DNA of 64,000 nucleotides from Candidatus Binataceae bacterium (lineage in GTDB: Bacteria; Desulfobacterota; Binatia; Binatales; Binataceae). Below are positions 46,726 to 56,081 of the stretch, one piece after another. The position numbers were made by a program, and so were the translations under genes. Numbering within the stretch: position 1 is the stretch's first letter; each line of letters opens with the position of its first letter. The notes under the pieces are model-generated. The model searched no databases. It was given only the letters and a program-made list of their open reading frames with translations, and was not told the origin of the DNA. Location of the stretch: assembly GCA_050736695.1 (NCBI GenBank), contig JBOHWH010000135.1, forward strand, positions 28,504 through 92,503, in the 5' to 3' direction.

Positions 46726-48149
46726 TGGCGATCGACTACTCCGAACGGATTCCCAATAACGTAAACCTGGACGGCGATCGCCGCCTGCAACGCGCGCTCG
46801 AAGCATGGCAGCCGGAGTTCCTGAAATGGTGGGGCGAGATGGGGCCCGAGAGCTTTCAGTCCTGCGAGGTTTATCTGCGCACCGCAACCTCAGTGGACGC
46901 GAAAGGCTGGGCCACCTTCGGCTACGTGAAAATGCCTGAATACAGGTGGGGAGTATTCCTTGCGGATCGCGAATCCGACGCGCGAATCGGCTTCGGCGAA
47001 CATAAGGGCGAGCCGGTCTGGCGCGAGGTCCCGGGCGAGCATCGCGGAGTCCTGCGCCGCCTGATCGTCACCCAAGGCGACACGGAGCCTGCCTCGGTCG
47101 AGCAGCAGCGTCATCTCGGGCGCACCTGCCCGTCGCGCTACGACCTGCGTAATCTCTTTCAAGTGAACGTAGAAGAGGGGCGCCATCTGTGGGCGATGGT
47201 TTACCTGCTGCACGCGCATTTTGGACGCGACGGACGCGAAGAAGCCGACGCGCTCTTGAGGCGCCGTTCCGGCAGCACCGACAATCCGCGCATCCTGGGC
47301 GCGTTCAATGAACGCACGCCGGACTGGCTGGCGTACTTCATGTTCGCGCACTTCACCGATCGCGATGGAAAATTTCAGCTCGCCAGCCTGGCTGAATCCG
47401 GCTTCGACCCGCTCGCGCGGACCTGCCGTTTCATGCTCACCGAGGAAGCGCACCATCTGTTCGTCGGCGAGGCGGGAGTCGGACGAGTGATTGCGCGGAC
47501 CTGCGAGCTCATGAAGCATCACGACACCGATCGGGTTGGGAAATTCGGCGGAATCGATCTGGGGATCATCCAGCGTTATTTGAATTTCCATTATTCCGTC
47601 TCGCTGGATCTGTTCGGCTCCGAGCTATCGACCAACGCCGCCAACTATTTCAGCGCCGGACTTAAGGGACGGTTCAGAGAAGCCGACGCGCACGACGATC
47701 ATCAATTGATCGGTAGCGAGCGGCGGATTTTGAAGCCGCAAGACGGCGTGATCGTCGAAATCGAACAACCTTCCCTGGCCGCGCTCAACGAAACCCTGCG
47801 TGATTCGTATGTCGCCGATTGCGAGCGCGCGCTCGCGCGTTGGAACAAGATCATTCGCGAGGCCGGAGTCGAAACCGCGCTCACGCTGCCGCATCGCGGC
47901 TTCAATCGCGCGATCGGGCACTTCAGCGGGACCAGCGTGACCCCCGCCGGCCAGATAATCACGCGCGATCAGTGGCTCGAGCGCCAGTTCGAATGGCTGC
48001 CGTCGCCCACCGACCGCGAATTTATCGCGTCGCTTATGACTCCGGTCACGGAGCTGGGAAAATTCGCCGGATGGATTGCGCCGCCAACCCGGGGAATCAA
48101 TCATCAGCCGATCGAGTTTGAATACGTGACCGAGCTGCCTGCCCCTTGA
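46725..48149 (+). CDS. boxB: Benzoyl-CoA 2,3-epoxidase oxygenase component BoxB (diiron enzyme, about 474 aa)
   Basis: N-terminal MAIDYSERIPNNVNLDGDRRLQRALEAWQPEFLKWW...; NVEEGRHLWAMVYLL and TEEAHHLFVGE are diiron-ligand motifs typical of BoxB. The ATG overlaps the boxC stop (TGATG). Confidence 0.8.
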   Translation: MAIDYSERIPNNVNLDGDRRLQRALEAWQPEFLKWWGEMGPESFQSCEVYLRTATSVDAKGWATFGYVKMPEYRWGVFLADRESDARIGFGEHKGEPVWREVPGEHRGVLRRLIVTQGDTEPASVEQQRHLGRTCPSRYDLRNLFQVNVEEGRHLWAMVYLLHAHFGRDGREEADALLRRRSGSTDNPRILGAFNERTPDWLAYFMFAHFTDRDGKFQLASLAESGFDPLARTCRFMLTEEAHHLFVGEAGVGRVIARTCELMKHHDTDRVGKFGGIDLGIIQRYLNFHYSVSLDLFGSELSTNAANYFSAGLKGRFREADAHDDHQLIGSERRILKPQDGVIVEIEQPSLAALNETLRDSYVADCERALARWNKIIREAGVETALTLPHRGFNRAIGHFSGTSVTPAGQIITRDQWLERQFEWLPSPTDREFIASLMTPVTELGKFAGWIAPPTRGINHQPIEFEYVTELPAP

Positions 48150-48172
48150 GCGCGAGCGGAGGGAATCGCTTC

Positions 48173-48772
48173 ATGGCGGAATCCAATCTGCCGCGCATCG
48201 AGACTCTCTCCGGCGCGCTACCTTGGATCTTGTACTTCGCGCTGCCGCACCTTGGCCTGCCCGTCGCCGCGCTGATCGCCGCGTTCGTCGCGGCATTGTA
48301 TCCGGCCGCAATAGCGGCCGCGCGCGGAAAAAGCGTGAAGCTGATCGATTGGACCACCCTCGCCTTCTTTGCGTTCGGATTGGCCGCATTGGCCGCGGGC
48401 ACTTCGGCGACGGCGGCGTTCTCGCACTACAACTACGTGTTAGTGTGGATCTTGTTCTCTGCGATGGCGTGGATATCCCTGTTGCTCGGGAAGCCGTTCA
48501 CGCTTGAATTCGCGCGCGAATCGACACCGCCCGAAATCTGGGGCACGCCGTTGTTTCACCACGCCAACGTGATCATCACACTGGCGTGGGCTGCCGCGTT
48601 CACGCTTAATCTTCTGGTCGCGCTGCTCGCGCTCAGGCTAAGGGGAGCGGCGGCTATCGCGGCGCAGATTTTCCAATTCATCCCGATGGCGGGCGCGGTG
48701 GTGTTCATGAGCCGCTACCGCGCGTCGATCCAGCAAGGGCGCGCTAGGTCCGCGCCGGCTGCGACGATCTGA
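48173..48772 (+). CDS. Hypothetical polytopic membrane protein, co-directional with and coupled to boxB
   Basis: Five or six hydrophobic helices; the frame starts within or at the boxB stop. No recognisable family. Confidence 0.4.
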   Translation: MAESNLPRIETLSGALPWILYFALPHLGLPVAALIAAFVAALYPAAIAAARGKSVKLIDWTTLAFFAFGLAALAAGTSATAAFSHYNYVLVWILFSAMAWISLLLGKPFTLEFARESTPPEIWGTPLFHHANVIITLAWAAAFTLNLLVALLALRLRGAAAIAAQIFQFIPMAGAVVFMSRYRASIQQGRARSAPAATI

Positions 48773-50168
48773 CCGGCCTGTCGAGCGCCTGAACGGTTTG
48801 CGGGCGACCGATCGCGGACCAATATGCCGCCAGAAATCCGAGCATCATCACCACAAATCCGAGCTCGGCGACTGCGACAATCAGCACGGACGGTCCAAGC
48901 GGCAATCCGGCGTTGAACCGCGGCGTATCGGCGGCCCAAAAGCGCAGCCACAGCGCGCTCAGAAAAAAATTCGCGACCAACGCCCAGACCGCGAGCGCCG
49001 ATCCGCGTCCCTCGAGCGCGCACCACGCGATGGTCGCGAACGGAATCAGCAGCAGCGCCATGTAATGCGGCCATGCGATCGGTGAAAGCACGATCGCCGC
49101 CGCGATCCACAAACCGTAGGCTCGGAAATCGCGGTCAGGTTCCGTTTCGCGATGAGGAGTCGTCCGCCACACCAGCATCACTATCGCGAACGCGCAAACC
49201 AGCACCGCCAGGTGTCGCCCGAGTTCGAGCGCGGGGCTGAGCGGCGCGCCAAATGCGTACCAGAACATCCGCGAAACGAACGGAGCTAGCCCGAGGTTGA
49301 ACGCGAGGCTGCTCTGCCAGAACCCGGAATTCCACGCGATCATCCTGACCCAGCTAAAGCATCGCGCGACCCCGGTTATCGCGGCCGTCGCAAGCGCGCC
49401 CCCAACGCAAAACACAACCATCCAGAAGAGCGCCCGCCACTTGCGCCGCGCCAGCAGATAGCCACCCATCAGGAGCGGGAAGGCACGCAGCAGTCCGGCT
49501 AGCGCGAGTCCCGCGCCAGCCCCCACGTCGCCCCTCCGTCCGCGCCCGAGCGATCGCATCGCGAGCACCAGCAGAAACACCAGGACGATCTGCGTCTGTC
49601 CCCAGATGAACACCTGATCAATCGGCGAATACAGAAACGCCAGCGCCGCCAGGCTGAGCGCGGCGGCGCGCGACTCGGCGCCTGCCGGCGCAAGCAGCAT
49701 CCACAACGATGCGATCAGAAGCACGAAGTTCAGCGAGATCCAGACGGCATGCGCCAGTCGTGGTGAAAGCCGAGTCAACGGTTCGAAGCACAAAAGAAAC
49801 ACCGGCGTTTCGGCTGAGTGGATCATCGCGCCGGCGTCGAGGTTCAGTCTCGCGCTCATCTCCAGCAGATTGTCAGAATAGGGATTCATCCCGTCGCGCA
49901 TCGCGAGTGCCGAAACATAGTGACTGCTGAAATCGAGTAGCCGGTAGCGCGGCGCGACTTGCATGCTCAGCGTCGCCAGATGAAACATCGCGGCGACGAG
50001 CAGCATCCCCGCGACCGGCGCGCGTCTAAGCGCTATCGCAGTGCGCGGACCAATGCCCTGTCTTGGAGGATTTTCGTCGGACACGTGGGCGCGCTTGGGC
50101 ATCGCGGCTACACGCATAGCATGTTCGGCAGTCTGCTTAAACACATTATTTGACCATGCAGATCGCAA
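48744..50168 (-). CDS. Glycosyltransferase family 87 (DUF2029) integral-membrane mannosyltransferase-like protein
   Basis: Polytopic membrane protein with a GT87/DUF2029-like hydrophobic pattern (about 12 TM segments; the loops are Arg-, Trp- and Pro-rich). The start may be the internal M at 50117. Confidence 0.6.
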   Translation of the reverse strand: MRSAWSNNVFKQTAEHAMRVAAMPKRAHVSDENPPRQGIGPRTAIALRRAPVAGMLLVAAMFHLATLSMQVAPRYRLLDFSSHYVSALAMRDGMNPYSDNLLEMSARLNLDAGAMIHSAETPVFLLCFEPLTRLSPRLAHAVWISLNFVLLIASLWMLLAPAGAESRAAALSLAALAFLYSPIDQVFIWGQTQIVLVFLLVLAMRSLGRGRRGDVGAGAGLALAGLLRAFPLLMGGYLLARRKWRALFWMVVFCVGGALATAAITGVARCFSWVRMIAWNSGFWQSSLAFNLGLAPFVSRMFWYAFGAPLSPALELGRHLAVLVCAFAIVMLVWRTTPHRETEPDRDFRAYGLWIAAAIVLSPIAWPHYMALLLIPFATIAWCALEGRGSALAVWALVANFFLSALWLRFWAADTPRFNAGLPLGPSVLIVAVAELGFVVMMLGFLAAYWSAIGRPQTVQALDRPVRSSQPART

Positions 50169-50241
50169 CGTGCGTACTGCAAAGTGAACGACACGCGGCC
50201 CACGACGCCGAACAACTTTGCTCTATTGCTGACTATTGTGA

Positions 50242-50257
50242 TGGCACGGCGAGTGCT
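50242..50257 (+). promoter_or_regulatory. Candidate sigma54 (-24/-12) promoter upstream of kdpF: TGGCAC-N5-GTGC
   Basis: TGGCACggcgaGTGCT gives GG and GC at the canonical spacing of TGGCAC-N5-TTGCW. It lies about 93 nt upstream of the kdpF ATG. A sigma54-dependent regulator is encoded at the operon's 3' end. Confidence 0.45.
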
Positions 50258-50349
50258 CAGTATCGCTTCATGTACGACCTGCTCTGCGTGACCGGAACTA
50301 TCGCGTTTTTCATAGTCTGCTTCGCGTATGTCGCGGGATGCCAAAAGCT

Positions 50350-50442
50350 ATGAGCACCCTCGATCTCGTCATGGGCGCGACAATCGCCATCATTTTGTGC
50401 GTGTACCTGGTATACGCATTGATTAATCCTGAGCAGTTCTGA
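50350..50442 (+). CDS. kdpF: K+-transporting ATPase subunit F
   Basis: 30-aa hydrophobic peptide MSTLDLVMGATIAIILCVYLVYALINPEQF, with the KdpF signature (YL.YAL..PE.F), immediately upstream of kdpA. Absent from the ORF track (under 60 aa). Confidence 0.75.
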   Translation: MSTLDLVMGATIAIILCVYLVYALINPEQF

Positions 50443-50466
50443 ACTCCCTGCGACTGAGTAATCACG

Positions 50467-52194
50467 ATGCTTTTGAATGCGCTATTGCAAGTTGGTATTT
50501 TCTGCCTGCTCGTCCTGCTGCTGACGGTCCCCCTTGGAAGCTATATCAAGCGCGTCTTCTCGGACGAGCGGACTTTTCTCGATCCGATCCTCCGCCCGCT
50601 CGAGCGGCTCATCTACGGCTTTTGCCGAATCAGTCCCGCAACCGAAATGAGTTGGGCCGAATATGCGATCGCGATGCTGATGTTCAGCATGGCCGGGATG
50701 CTGCTGCTTTACGGGATCGAGCGGCTGCAAGAATTTCTGCCGCTCAATCCGCAAGCGTTCGGAGCGGTTGGCCCTTCGCTCGCGTTCAATACCGCCGCAA
50801 GCTTCACCACCAATACCAACTGGCAGGCCTACGGCGGCGAATCGACGATGAGCTATCTGACCCAGATGGCCGGGCTCGCGTTTCACAATTTCGTCTCGGC
50901 GGCCTCTGGAATCGCGGTAGCCATCGCGATAATCCGCGGGTTCGTCCGGAGGAGCGTGTGCACGCTCGGAAATTTCTGGTTCGATCTAACTCGCGCAACG
51001 CTATGGATTTTGCTCCCGCTCGCGAGCGTTCTCGCGCTCGCGTTGGTCTGGCAGGGCGTGCCTGAAAATTTCGAGCCTTATGTTCACGCGCGGACCGTCG
51101 AGGGCGCCGCGCAGATCATCGCCGAAGGGCCGGTTGCCTCGCAAGAGGCGATCAAGGTGCTCGGCACCAATGGGGGAGGATTCTTCAACGCCAACTCCGC
51201 GCATCCGTATGAGAACCCGACGCCGCTTTCAAACCTGCTCGAGATGCTCGCGATCTTCGCGATTGCAGCCGCATTGACTCATACCTTCGGCCTGATGGCG
51301 GGCGATCCGCGCCAGGGATGGGCGCTCTTCGCCGCGATGGCTCTGCTGTTCATCGTCGGCGCCAGCTCTGCGATTTGGGCCGAACAGGGCGGCAATCCGG
51401 AACTGGCCCGGCTCGGCGTCGATCAGCATGCGAGTGCGCTTCAATCGGGCGGCAACATGGAGGGTAAGGAAGTCCGGTTCGGAATCGTAAATTCCGCGCT
51501 GTGGGCTACCGTCACCACCGATACTTCGTGCGGCGCGGTCAACGCGATGCACGACAGTTTTACGCCGCTCGGCGGATTGGTTCCGCTGGTCAATATGCAA
51601 ATCGGTGAAATGATTTTCGGCGGCGTCGGCTCCGGACTGTACGGGATGCTGGTGATGGCGATCCTGTCGGTGTTTATCGCGGGGCTCATGGTCGGCCGCA
51701 CGCCCGAATACCTCGGCAAGAAGATCGAGTCGCGCGAAATGAAGCTCGCGATGTTCTACGTGTTGATCTTTCCGGCGGCCATTCTTCTGCCCGCGGCCGT
51801 CGCGATCGCCTCGAAAGCGGGACTGGCGGGAATTTCCAATCCCGGCCCACACGGGTTTTCGCAGATACTTTATGCATATACCGAAGGCGCGGCGAACAAT
51901 GGATCCGCATTTGCCGGACTAAACGCCAACACCGGCTTCTACAACATCACGATCGCACTTTCGATGCTGTTCGGCCGCTTCATGATGAAGATTCCCGCAC
52001 TCGCGATTGCCGGCTCGCTGGCCGGCAAACGAGTCGTGCCGCAAAGCGCGGGCACCTTTCCCACCACGGGCGCGGTCTTCGTCGTACTGCTGGTCGGCGT
52101 GATCCTGATCGTCGCCGCGCTCACCTTTTTCCCGGCCGATGCGCTCGGACCGATCGTCGAACACCTGGCGATGTCGGCCGGCAAACTCTACTAA
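50467..52194 (+). CDS. kdpA: K+-transporting ATPase subunit A
   Basis: 575 aa, polytopic, with KdpA selectivity-filter-like motifs ([19 protein letters not shown]). Confidence 0.9.
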   Translation: MLLNALLQVGIFCLLVLLLTVPLGSYIKRVFSDERTFLDPILRPLERLIYGFCRISPATEMSWAEYAIAMLMFSMAGMLLLYGIERLQEFLPLNPQAFGAVGPSLAFNTAASFTTNTNWQAYGGESTMSYLTQMAGLAFHNFVSAASGIAVAIAIIRGFVRRSVCTLGNFWFDLTRATLWILLPLASVLALALVWQGVPENFEPYVHARTVEGAAQIIAEGPVASQEAIKVLGTNGGGFFNANSAHPYENPTPLSNLLEMLAIFAIAAALTHTFGLMAGDPRQGWALFAAMALLFIVGASSAIWAEQGGNPELARLGVDQHASALQSGGNMEGKEVRFGIVNSALWATVTTDTSCGAVNAMHDSFTPLGGLVPLVNMQIGEMIFGGVGSGLYGMLVMAILSVFIAGLMVGRTPEYLGKKIESREMKLAMFYVLIFPAAILLPAAVAIASKAGLAGISNPGPHGFSQILYAYTEGAANNGSAFAGLNANTGFYNITIALSMLFGRFMMKIPALAIAGSLAGKRVVPQSAGTFPTTGAVFVVLLVGVILIVAALTFFPADALGPIVEHLAMSAGKLY

Positions 52195-52218
52195 GCCGCG
52201 CCGCTGACTAACGGAGGA

Positions 52219-54270
52219 ATGCTTCCGATGACTGAACGAAAAGCGCCCGTCCTCTGGGACCGCGCCATCGTCGGGCGCGCCCTGATTGATTCCTGCCGCA
52301 AGCTCGATCCGCGCGTCCAGTTGCGCAATCCGGTGATGTTCGTGGTCGAAGTCACCGCGCTCGCGGTTACAATTATCCTCGTGCGCGACTGGTTCGCCGC
52401 GCACGGTTCGTTGGTCAAGTTCGAATTGCAAATCGCGCTGTGGCTGTGGTTCACCGTGCTATTCGCAAACTTTGCAGAGGCGATGGCGGAAGGACGCGGC
52501 AAGGCGCAGGCCGACAATCTGCGCAAGACCCGCACTGAGACTTTCGCCAAACTGGTCGGCCCCGGCGGTGCGATAGCGGCCGTGCCCGCGACCAACCTGC
52601 GGCGCGGCGACGTAGTGCTGGTCGAGGCGGGCGACGTGATTCCCGGCGACGGCGAGGTGATCGAGGGCGTCGCCGCCGTGAACGAGGCCGCGATCACCGG
52701 CGAATCCGCGCCGGTCATCCGTGAAAGCGGTGGCGACCGCAGCGCTGTCACCGGCGGCACCACGGTGATTTCGGATTTCATCAAGGTCAAGATCACCGCG
52801 AACCCCGGCGAGACTTTTCTTGACCGCATGATCGGGCTGGTCGAAGGCGCGCAACGTCAGAAGACGCCCAACGAGATCGCGCTCAGCATCCTGCTCTCGG
52901 GCCTGACCGTGATTTTTCTGCTCGTGTGCGTGACACTTTACCCGTTCGCGCTGTATGGCGGGATCGCGCTGTCCCTGCCGGTGATCGTCGCGCTGCTGGT
53001 ATGCCTGATTCCGACCACGATCGGCGCACTGCTTTCCGCGATCGGAATTGCCGGGATGGATCGCCTGGTTCAGCACAGCGTGCTCGCGATGTCCGGGCGC
53101 GCGGTCGAGGCGGCCGGCGATGTGGACACTCTGCTGCTCGACAAGACCGGAACGATCACCTTGGGCAACCGGATGGCCACTGAATTCCTGCCCGTTCCTG
53201 GCGTCACGGCCGCGGAACTGGCCGAGGCGGCTCAACTCGCGTCGCTGGCCGACGAAACTCCCGAAGGCCGCTCAATCACCGTTCTCGCAAAGCGGGAATT
53301 CAATTTGCGCGGACACGATTTAGCGGAACGCAACGCGCGCTTCATCGCGTTCTCGGCACAAACCCGGATGAGCGGCGTCGATATCGGCGACCGCACGATC
53401 CGCAAGGGCGCCAGCGAGCAGGTGCTCGATTTCGCGCGCCAAAATGGCGGCGCGGTACCAGCCGAAATGACCGAGATCGTCGAGCGGATCGCCAAGGCGG
53501 GTGGAACTCCGCTTGCGGTCGCGGATCGCGGACGCGTGCTCGGCGTCATTCACCTGAAGGATGTCGTCAAGGACGGAATCCGCGAACGCTTCGAGCGGTT
53601 GCGCGCGATGGGCCTGCGCACCGTGATGATCACCGGCGACAATCCTTTGACCGCCGCCGCGATCGCGCGGGAGGCCGGGGTTGACGATTTTCGCGCGGAG
53701 GCCACCCCCGAGACCAAGCTGCGTTTGATTCGCGAGGAGCAGGCACAGGGCAAGCTGGTCGCGATGATCGGCGACGGCACCAACGATGCGCCCGCGCTCG
53801 CGCAGGCCGACGTGGGAGTCGCGATGAACGCGGGCACTCAGGCCGCGCGCGAAGCCGGCAATATGATCGATCTCGATTCAAATCCGACCAAGATCATGGA
53901 GGTGGTCGAGATCGGCAAGCAACTGCTGATCACGCGCGGCGCGCTGACCACCTTTTCGATCGCCAACGACGTGGCGAAGTATTTCGCGATTATTCCCGCG
54001 ATGTTCGTGCTCGGATATCCTCAGCTCCAGGCGCTCAACGTGATGCATCTGTCCACGCCGCAGAGCGCGATTCTTTCCGCGGTCATATTCAACGCGTTGA
54101 TCATTATCGCGCTGATTCCTCTGGCGCTGCGCGGAGTGGCCTATCGGCCTGTCGGCGCCGCCGCGATTCTGACCCGCAATCTGCTGATCTATGGCCTCGG
54201 CGGCGTGATCATTCCGTTCATCGGAATCAAGGCGATCGACATGATCGTCGCCGGGCTGCATCTGGCGTGA
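52219..54270 (+). CDS. kdpB: K+-transporting P-type ATPase subunit B
   Basis: DKTGTIT phosphorylation motif, TGDN, and the hinge [16 protein letters not shown]. 683 aa. Confidence 0.9.
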   Translation: MLPMTERKAPVLWDRAIVGRALIDSCRKLDPRVQLRNPVMFVVEVTALAVTIILVRDWFAAHGSLVKFELQIALWLWFTVLFANFAEAMAEGRGKAQADNLRKTRTETFAKLVGPGGAIAAVPATNLRRGDVVLVEAGDVIPGDGEVIEGVAAVNEAAITGESAPVIRESGGDRSAVTGGTTVISDFIKVKITANPGETFLDRMIGLVEGAQRQKTPNEIALSILLSGLTVIFLLVCVTLYPFALYGGIALSLPVIVALLVCLIPTTIGALLSAIGIAGMDRLVQHSVLAMSGRAVEAAGDVDTLLLDKTGTITLGNRMATEFLPVPGVTAAELAEAAQLASLADETPEGRSITVLAKREFNLRGHDLAERNARFIAFSAQTRMSGVDIGDRTIRKGASEQVLDFARQNGGAVPAEMTEIVERIAKAGGTPLAVADRGRVLGVIHLKDVVKDGIRERFERLRAMGLRTVMITGDNPLTAAAIAREAGVDDFRAEATPETKLRLIREEQAQGKLVAMIGDGTNDAPALAQADVGVAMNAGTQAAREAGNMIDLDSNPTKIMEVVEIGKQLLITRGALTTFSIANDVAKYFAIIPAMFVLGYPQLQALNVMHLSTPQSAILSAVIFNALIIIALIPLALRGVAYRPVGAAAILTRNLLIYGLGGVIIPFIGIKAIDMIVAGLHLA

Positions 54271-54278
54271 GGTGATTC

Positions 54279-54869
54279 ATGATCCGCGATCAAATCAAGC
54301 CCGCGATAATTATGACGATCGTCCTGACCGTGTTGACCGGGTTCATTTATCCCGTCGTTGTCTGGGCGATCGCTCAAGTCGCATTTCCAACCCAGGCCGG
54401 CGGCAGTATCGTGATGCGCGGCGGCCGTCCGATCGGCTCGACGCTGATTGGCCAGAACTTTTCCGCCGACAAGTATTTTCATCCACGCCCGTCCGCCGCC
54501 GGCGACAAGGGTTACGCCCCGACGAGTTCCGGCGGCTCGAATCTTGGTCCCACCAACAAGGCGCTGATCGACGCGGTGCGCGGCCGCGTTGCCGAAGTAT
54601 CGAAGCAGGATAGTCCGATTGCGCCGGAGGGCGTTCCCGCTGATCTTGTGACGGCATCCGGCAGCGGCCTCGACCCTGAAATCACTCCGGCGGGCGCAGC
54701 GCTTCAGGTGCCTCGAGTCGCCCGCGCCCGGGGAATCGCAGAGGATGCGGTTCGCGCGCTCGTGAGTCAGAATACTCGTCAGAGGTGGGCGGGGGTGCTG
54801 GGCGAGCCGGGGGTTAATGTCCTGGAACTGAATCTTGCTCTCGATAGTCTATCGAAGGCCAAGCGATGA
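54279..54869 (+). CDS. kdpC: K+-transporting ATPase subunit C
   Basis: 196 aa with an N-terminal TM helix and KdpC-conserved segments (SGSGLDPEITPAGAALQVPRVARARG). Confidence 0.9.
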   Translation: MIRDQIKPAIIMTIVLTVLTGFIYPVVVWAIAQVAFPTQAGGSIVMRGGRPIGSTLIGQNFSADKYFHPRPSAAGDKGYAPTSSGGSNLGPTNKALIDAVRGRVAEVSKQDSPIAPEGVPADLVTASGSGLDPEITPAGAALQVPRVARARGIAEDAVRALVSQNTRQRWAGVLGEPGVNVLELNLALDSLSKAKR

Positions 54870-54905
54870 ACCGCATGGCGCGAACCGAACAGTTGAGCAC
54901 TAGAA

Positions 54906-56081
54906 GTGGAGCGCTCGCGTAACATCAAGGACGCGGAACGACCCGATCCGGAGTCGTTCCTGGACCTGGTTGCGCGATCGCAAAAGGGCCGCCTGAAGGT
55001 CTATCTTGGCGCCGCGGCGGGCGTCGGCAAGACCTGGAAGATGCTCGAAGAAGCGCACCAGTTGCGCGCGAAGGAAGTCGATGTCGTCGTCGGTCTGGTC
55101 GAGACTCATCACCGCGCCGAAACCGAAGAGAAGCTCGCCGGTCTCGAAATCGTCCCGCGCAAAAAGTATCCGTACAAAGGCGTCGAGTTGGAGGACTTGG
55201 ATCTCGACGCGGTCCTCGCGCGCAATCCGGAAGTCGCGATCATTGACGAGTTGGCGCATACCAACGCGGCCGGCGCCAAGCATGAAAAGCGCTGGCAGGA
55301 TGTCGAAGAGCTGATGCACCGCGGTATCAATGTGATCACCGCGGTCAATATCCAGCACCTCGAAAGCCTCAATCCCGTCATTAGGCGCATCACTGGAATC
55401 GAGGTGCGCGAGACCGTGCCTGACTCGATCCTCACCCGTGCCGATCAGGTGGTTAACGTTGACGTTACGGTCGAGTCGCTGCGCGAGCGCCTGCGCGAAG
55501 GAAAGATTTATCCCGGGCCGCAGATCGAGCAGGCGCTGCGAAATTTCTTCACTCCGGGCAATCTGGCGTCGCTGCGCGAGATGGCGCTGCGCGAGGTCGC
55601 ACGCGGACTGACCCGCCAGCGCCGGGACGCCGAGAACCTCAAGCGCGAGGGCGGGCATCGGACGCGAGTCGTGGAGAAGCTCATGGTCGGGCTATCCTCG
55701 AACCCTCGCGACGGTGGGAAACTTCTGCGCAAAGCGTGCCGGGTCGCCACGCAACTGAGCGCCGACTGGTACGCGGTGCATATCGAGACGCCGGCCGAAT
55801 CGGTCAAGAAGATCCGCACCGGCGATTTCGTCACGCTGCTCGACAACATCAACCTCGCGAGCGATCTCGGCGCCGAAACGGTGTGGCTTAAGGCGCCCGA
55901 CCCGGTCAAGGGGATGCTCGATTACGCGCGCGACAATGGAATTTCAAAAATCATCGTTGGCCGATCGCATCAGCCGCGATGGCGTCGCGCGTTGCGCCGC
56001 GATGTCGCCGCCCGGATCATTGCGAGCGCGCCCGACATCGACGTCGAAATTCTGGCCGATGAACCCGGTGAGGAAAAATGA
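54906..56081 (+). CDS. kdpD: KdpD sensor-domain-only protein (KdpD N-terminal domain + Usp domain, no TM/kinase part)
   Basis: RLKVYLGAAAGVGKTWKMLEEA (KdpD N-terminal P-loop) followed by a Usp-like domain. It stops at 391 aa with no histidine-kinase portion. Confidence 0.85.
   Translation: MERSRNIKDAERPDPESFLDLVARSQKGRLKVYLGAAAGVGKTWKMLEEAHQLRAKEVDVVVGLVETHHRAETEEKLAGLEIVPRKKYPYKGVELEDLDLDAVLARNPEVAIIDELAHTNAAGAKHEKRWQDVEELMHRGINVITAVNIQHLESLNPVIRRITGIEVRETVPDSILTRADQVVNVDVTVESLRERLREGKIYPGPQIEQALRNFFTPGNLASLREMALREVARGLTRQRRDAENLKREGGHRTRVVEKLMVGLSSNPRDGGKLLRKACRVATQLSADWYAVHIETPAESVKKIRTGDFVTLLDNINLASDLGAETVWLKAPDPVKGMLDYARDNGISKIIVGRSHQPRWRRALRRDVAARIIASAPDIDVEILADEPGEEK

Noticed and set aside
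45121-47591. Several minus-strand ORFs of 230-330 aa across boxC and boxB
   Set aside because: They lie antisense to two genes with near full-length recognisable similarity to BoxC and BoxB. GC-rich artefacts.
50150-50350. Possible c-di-AMP (ydaO/kimA) riboswitch upstream of the kdp operon
   Set aside because: No conserved ydaO helices or ACGGGG/CCCGAAGG-type elements are visible. The region is better explained by a sigma54-type promoter.
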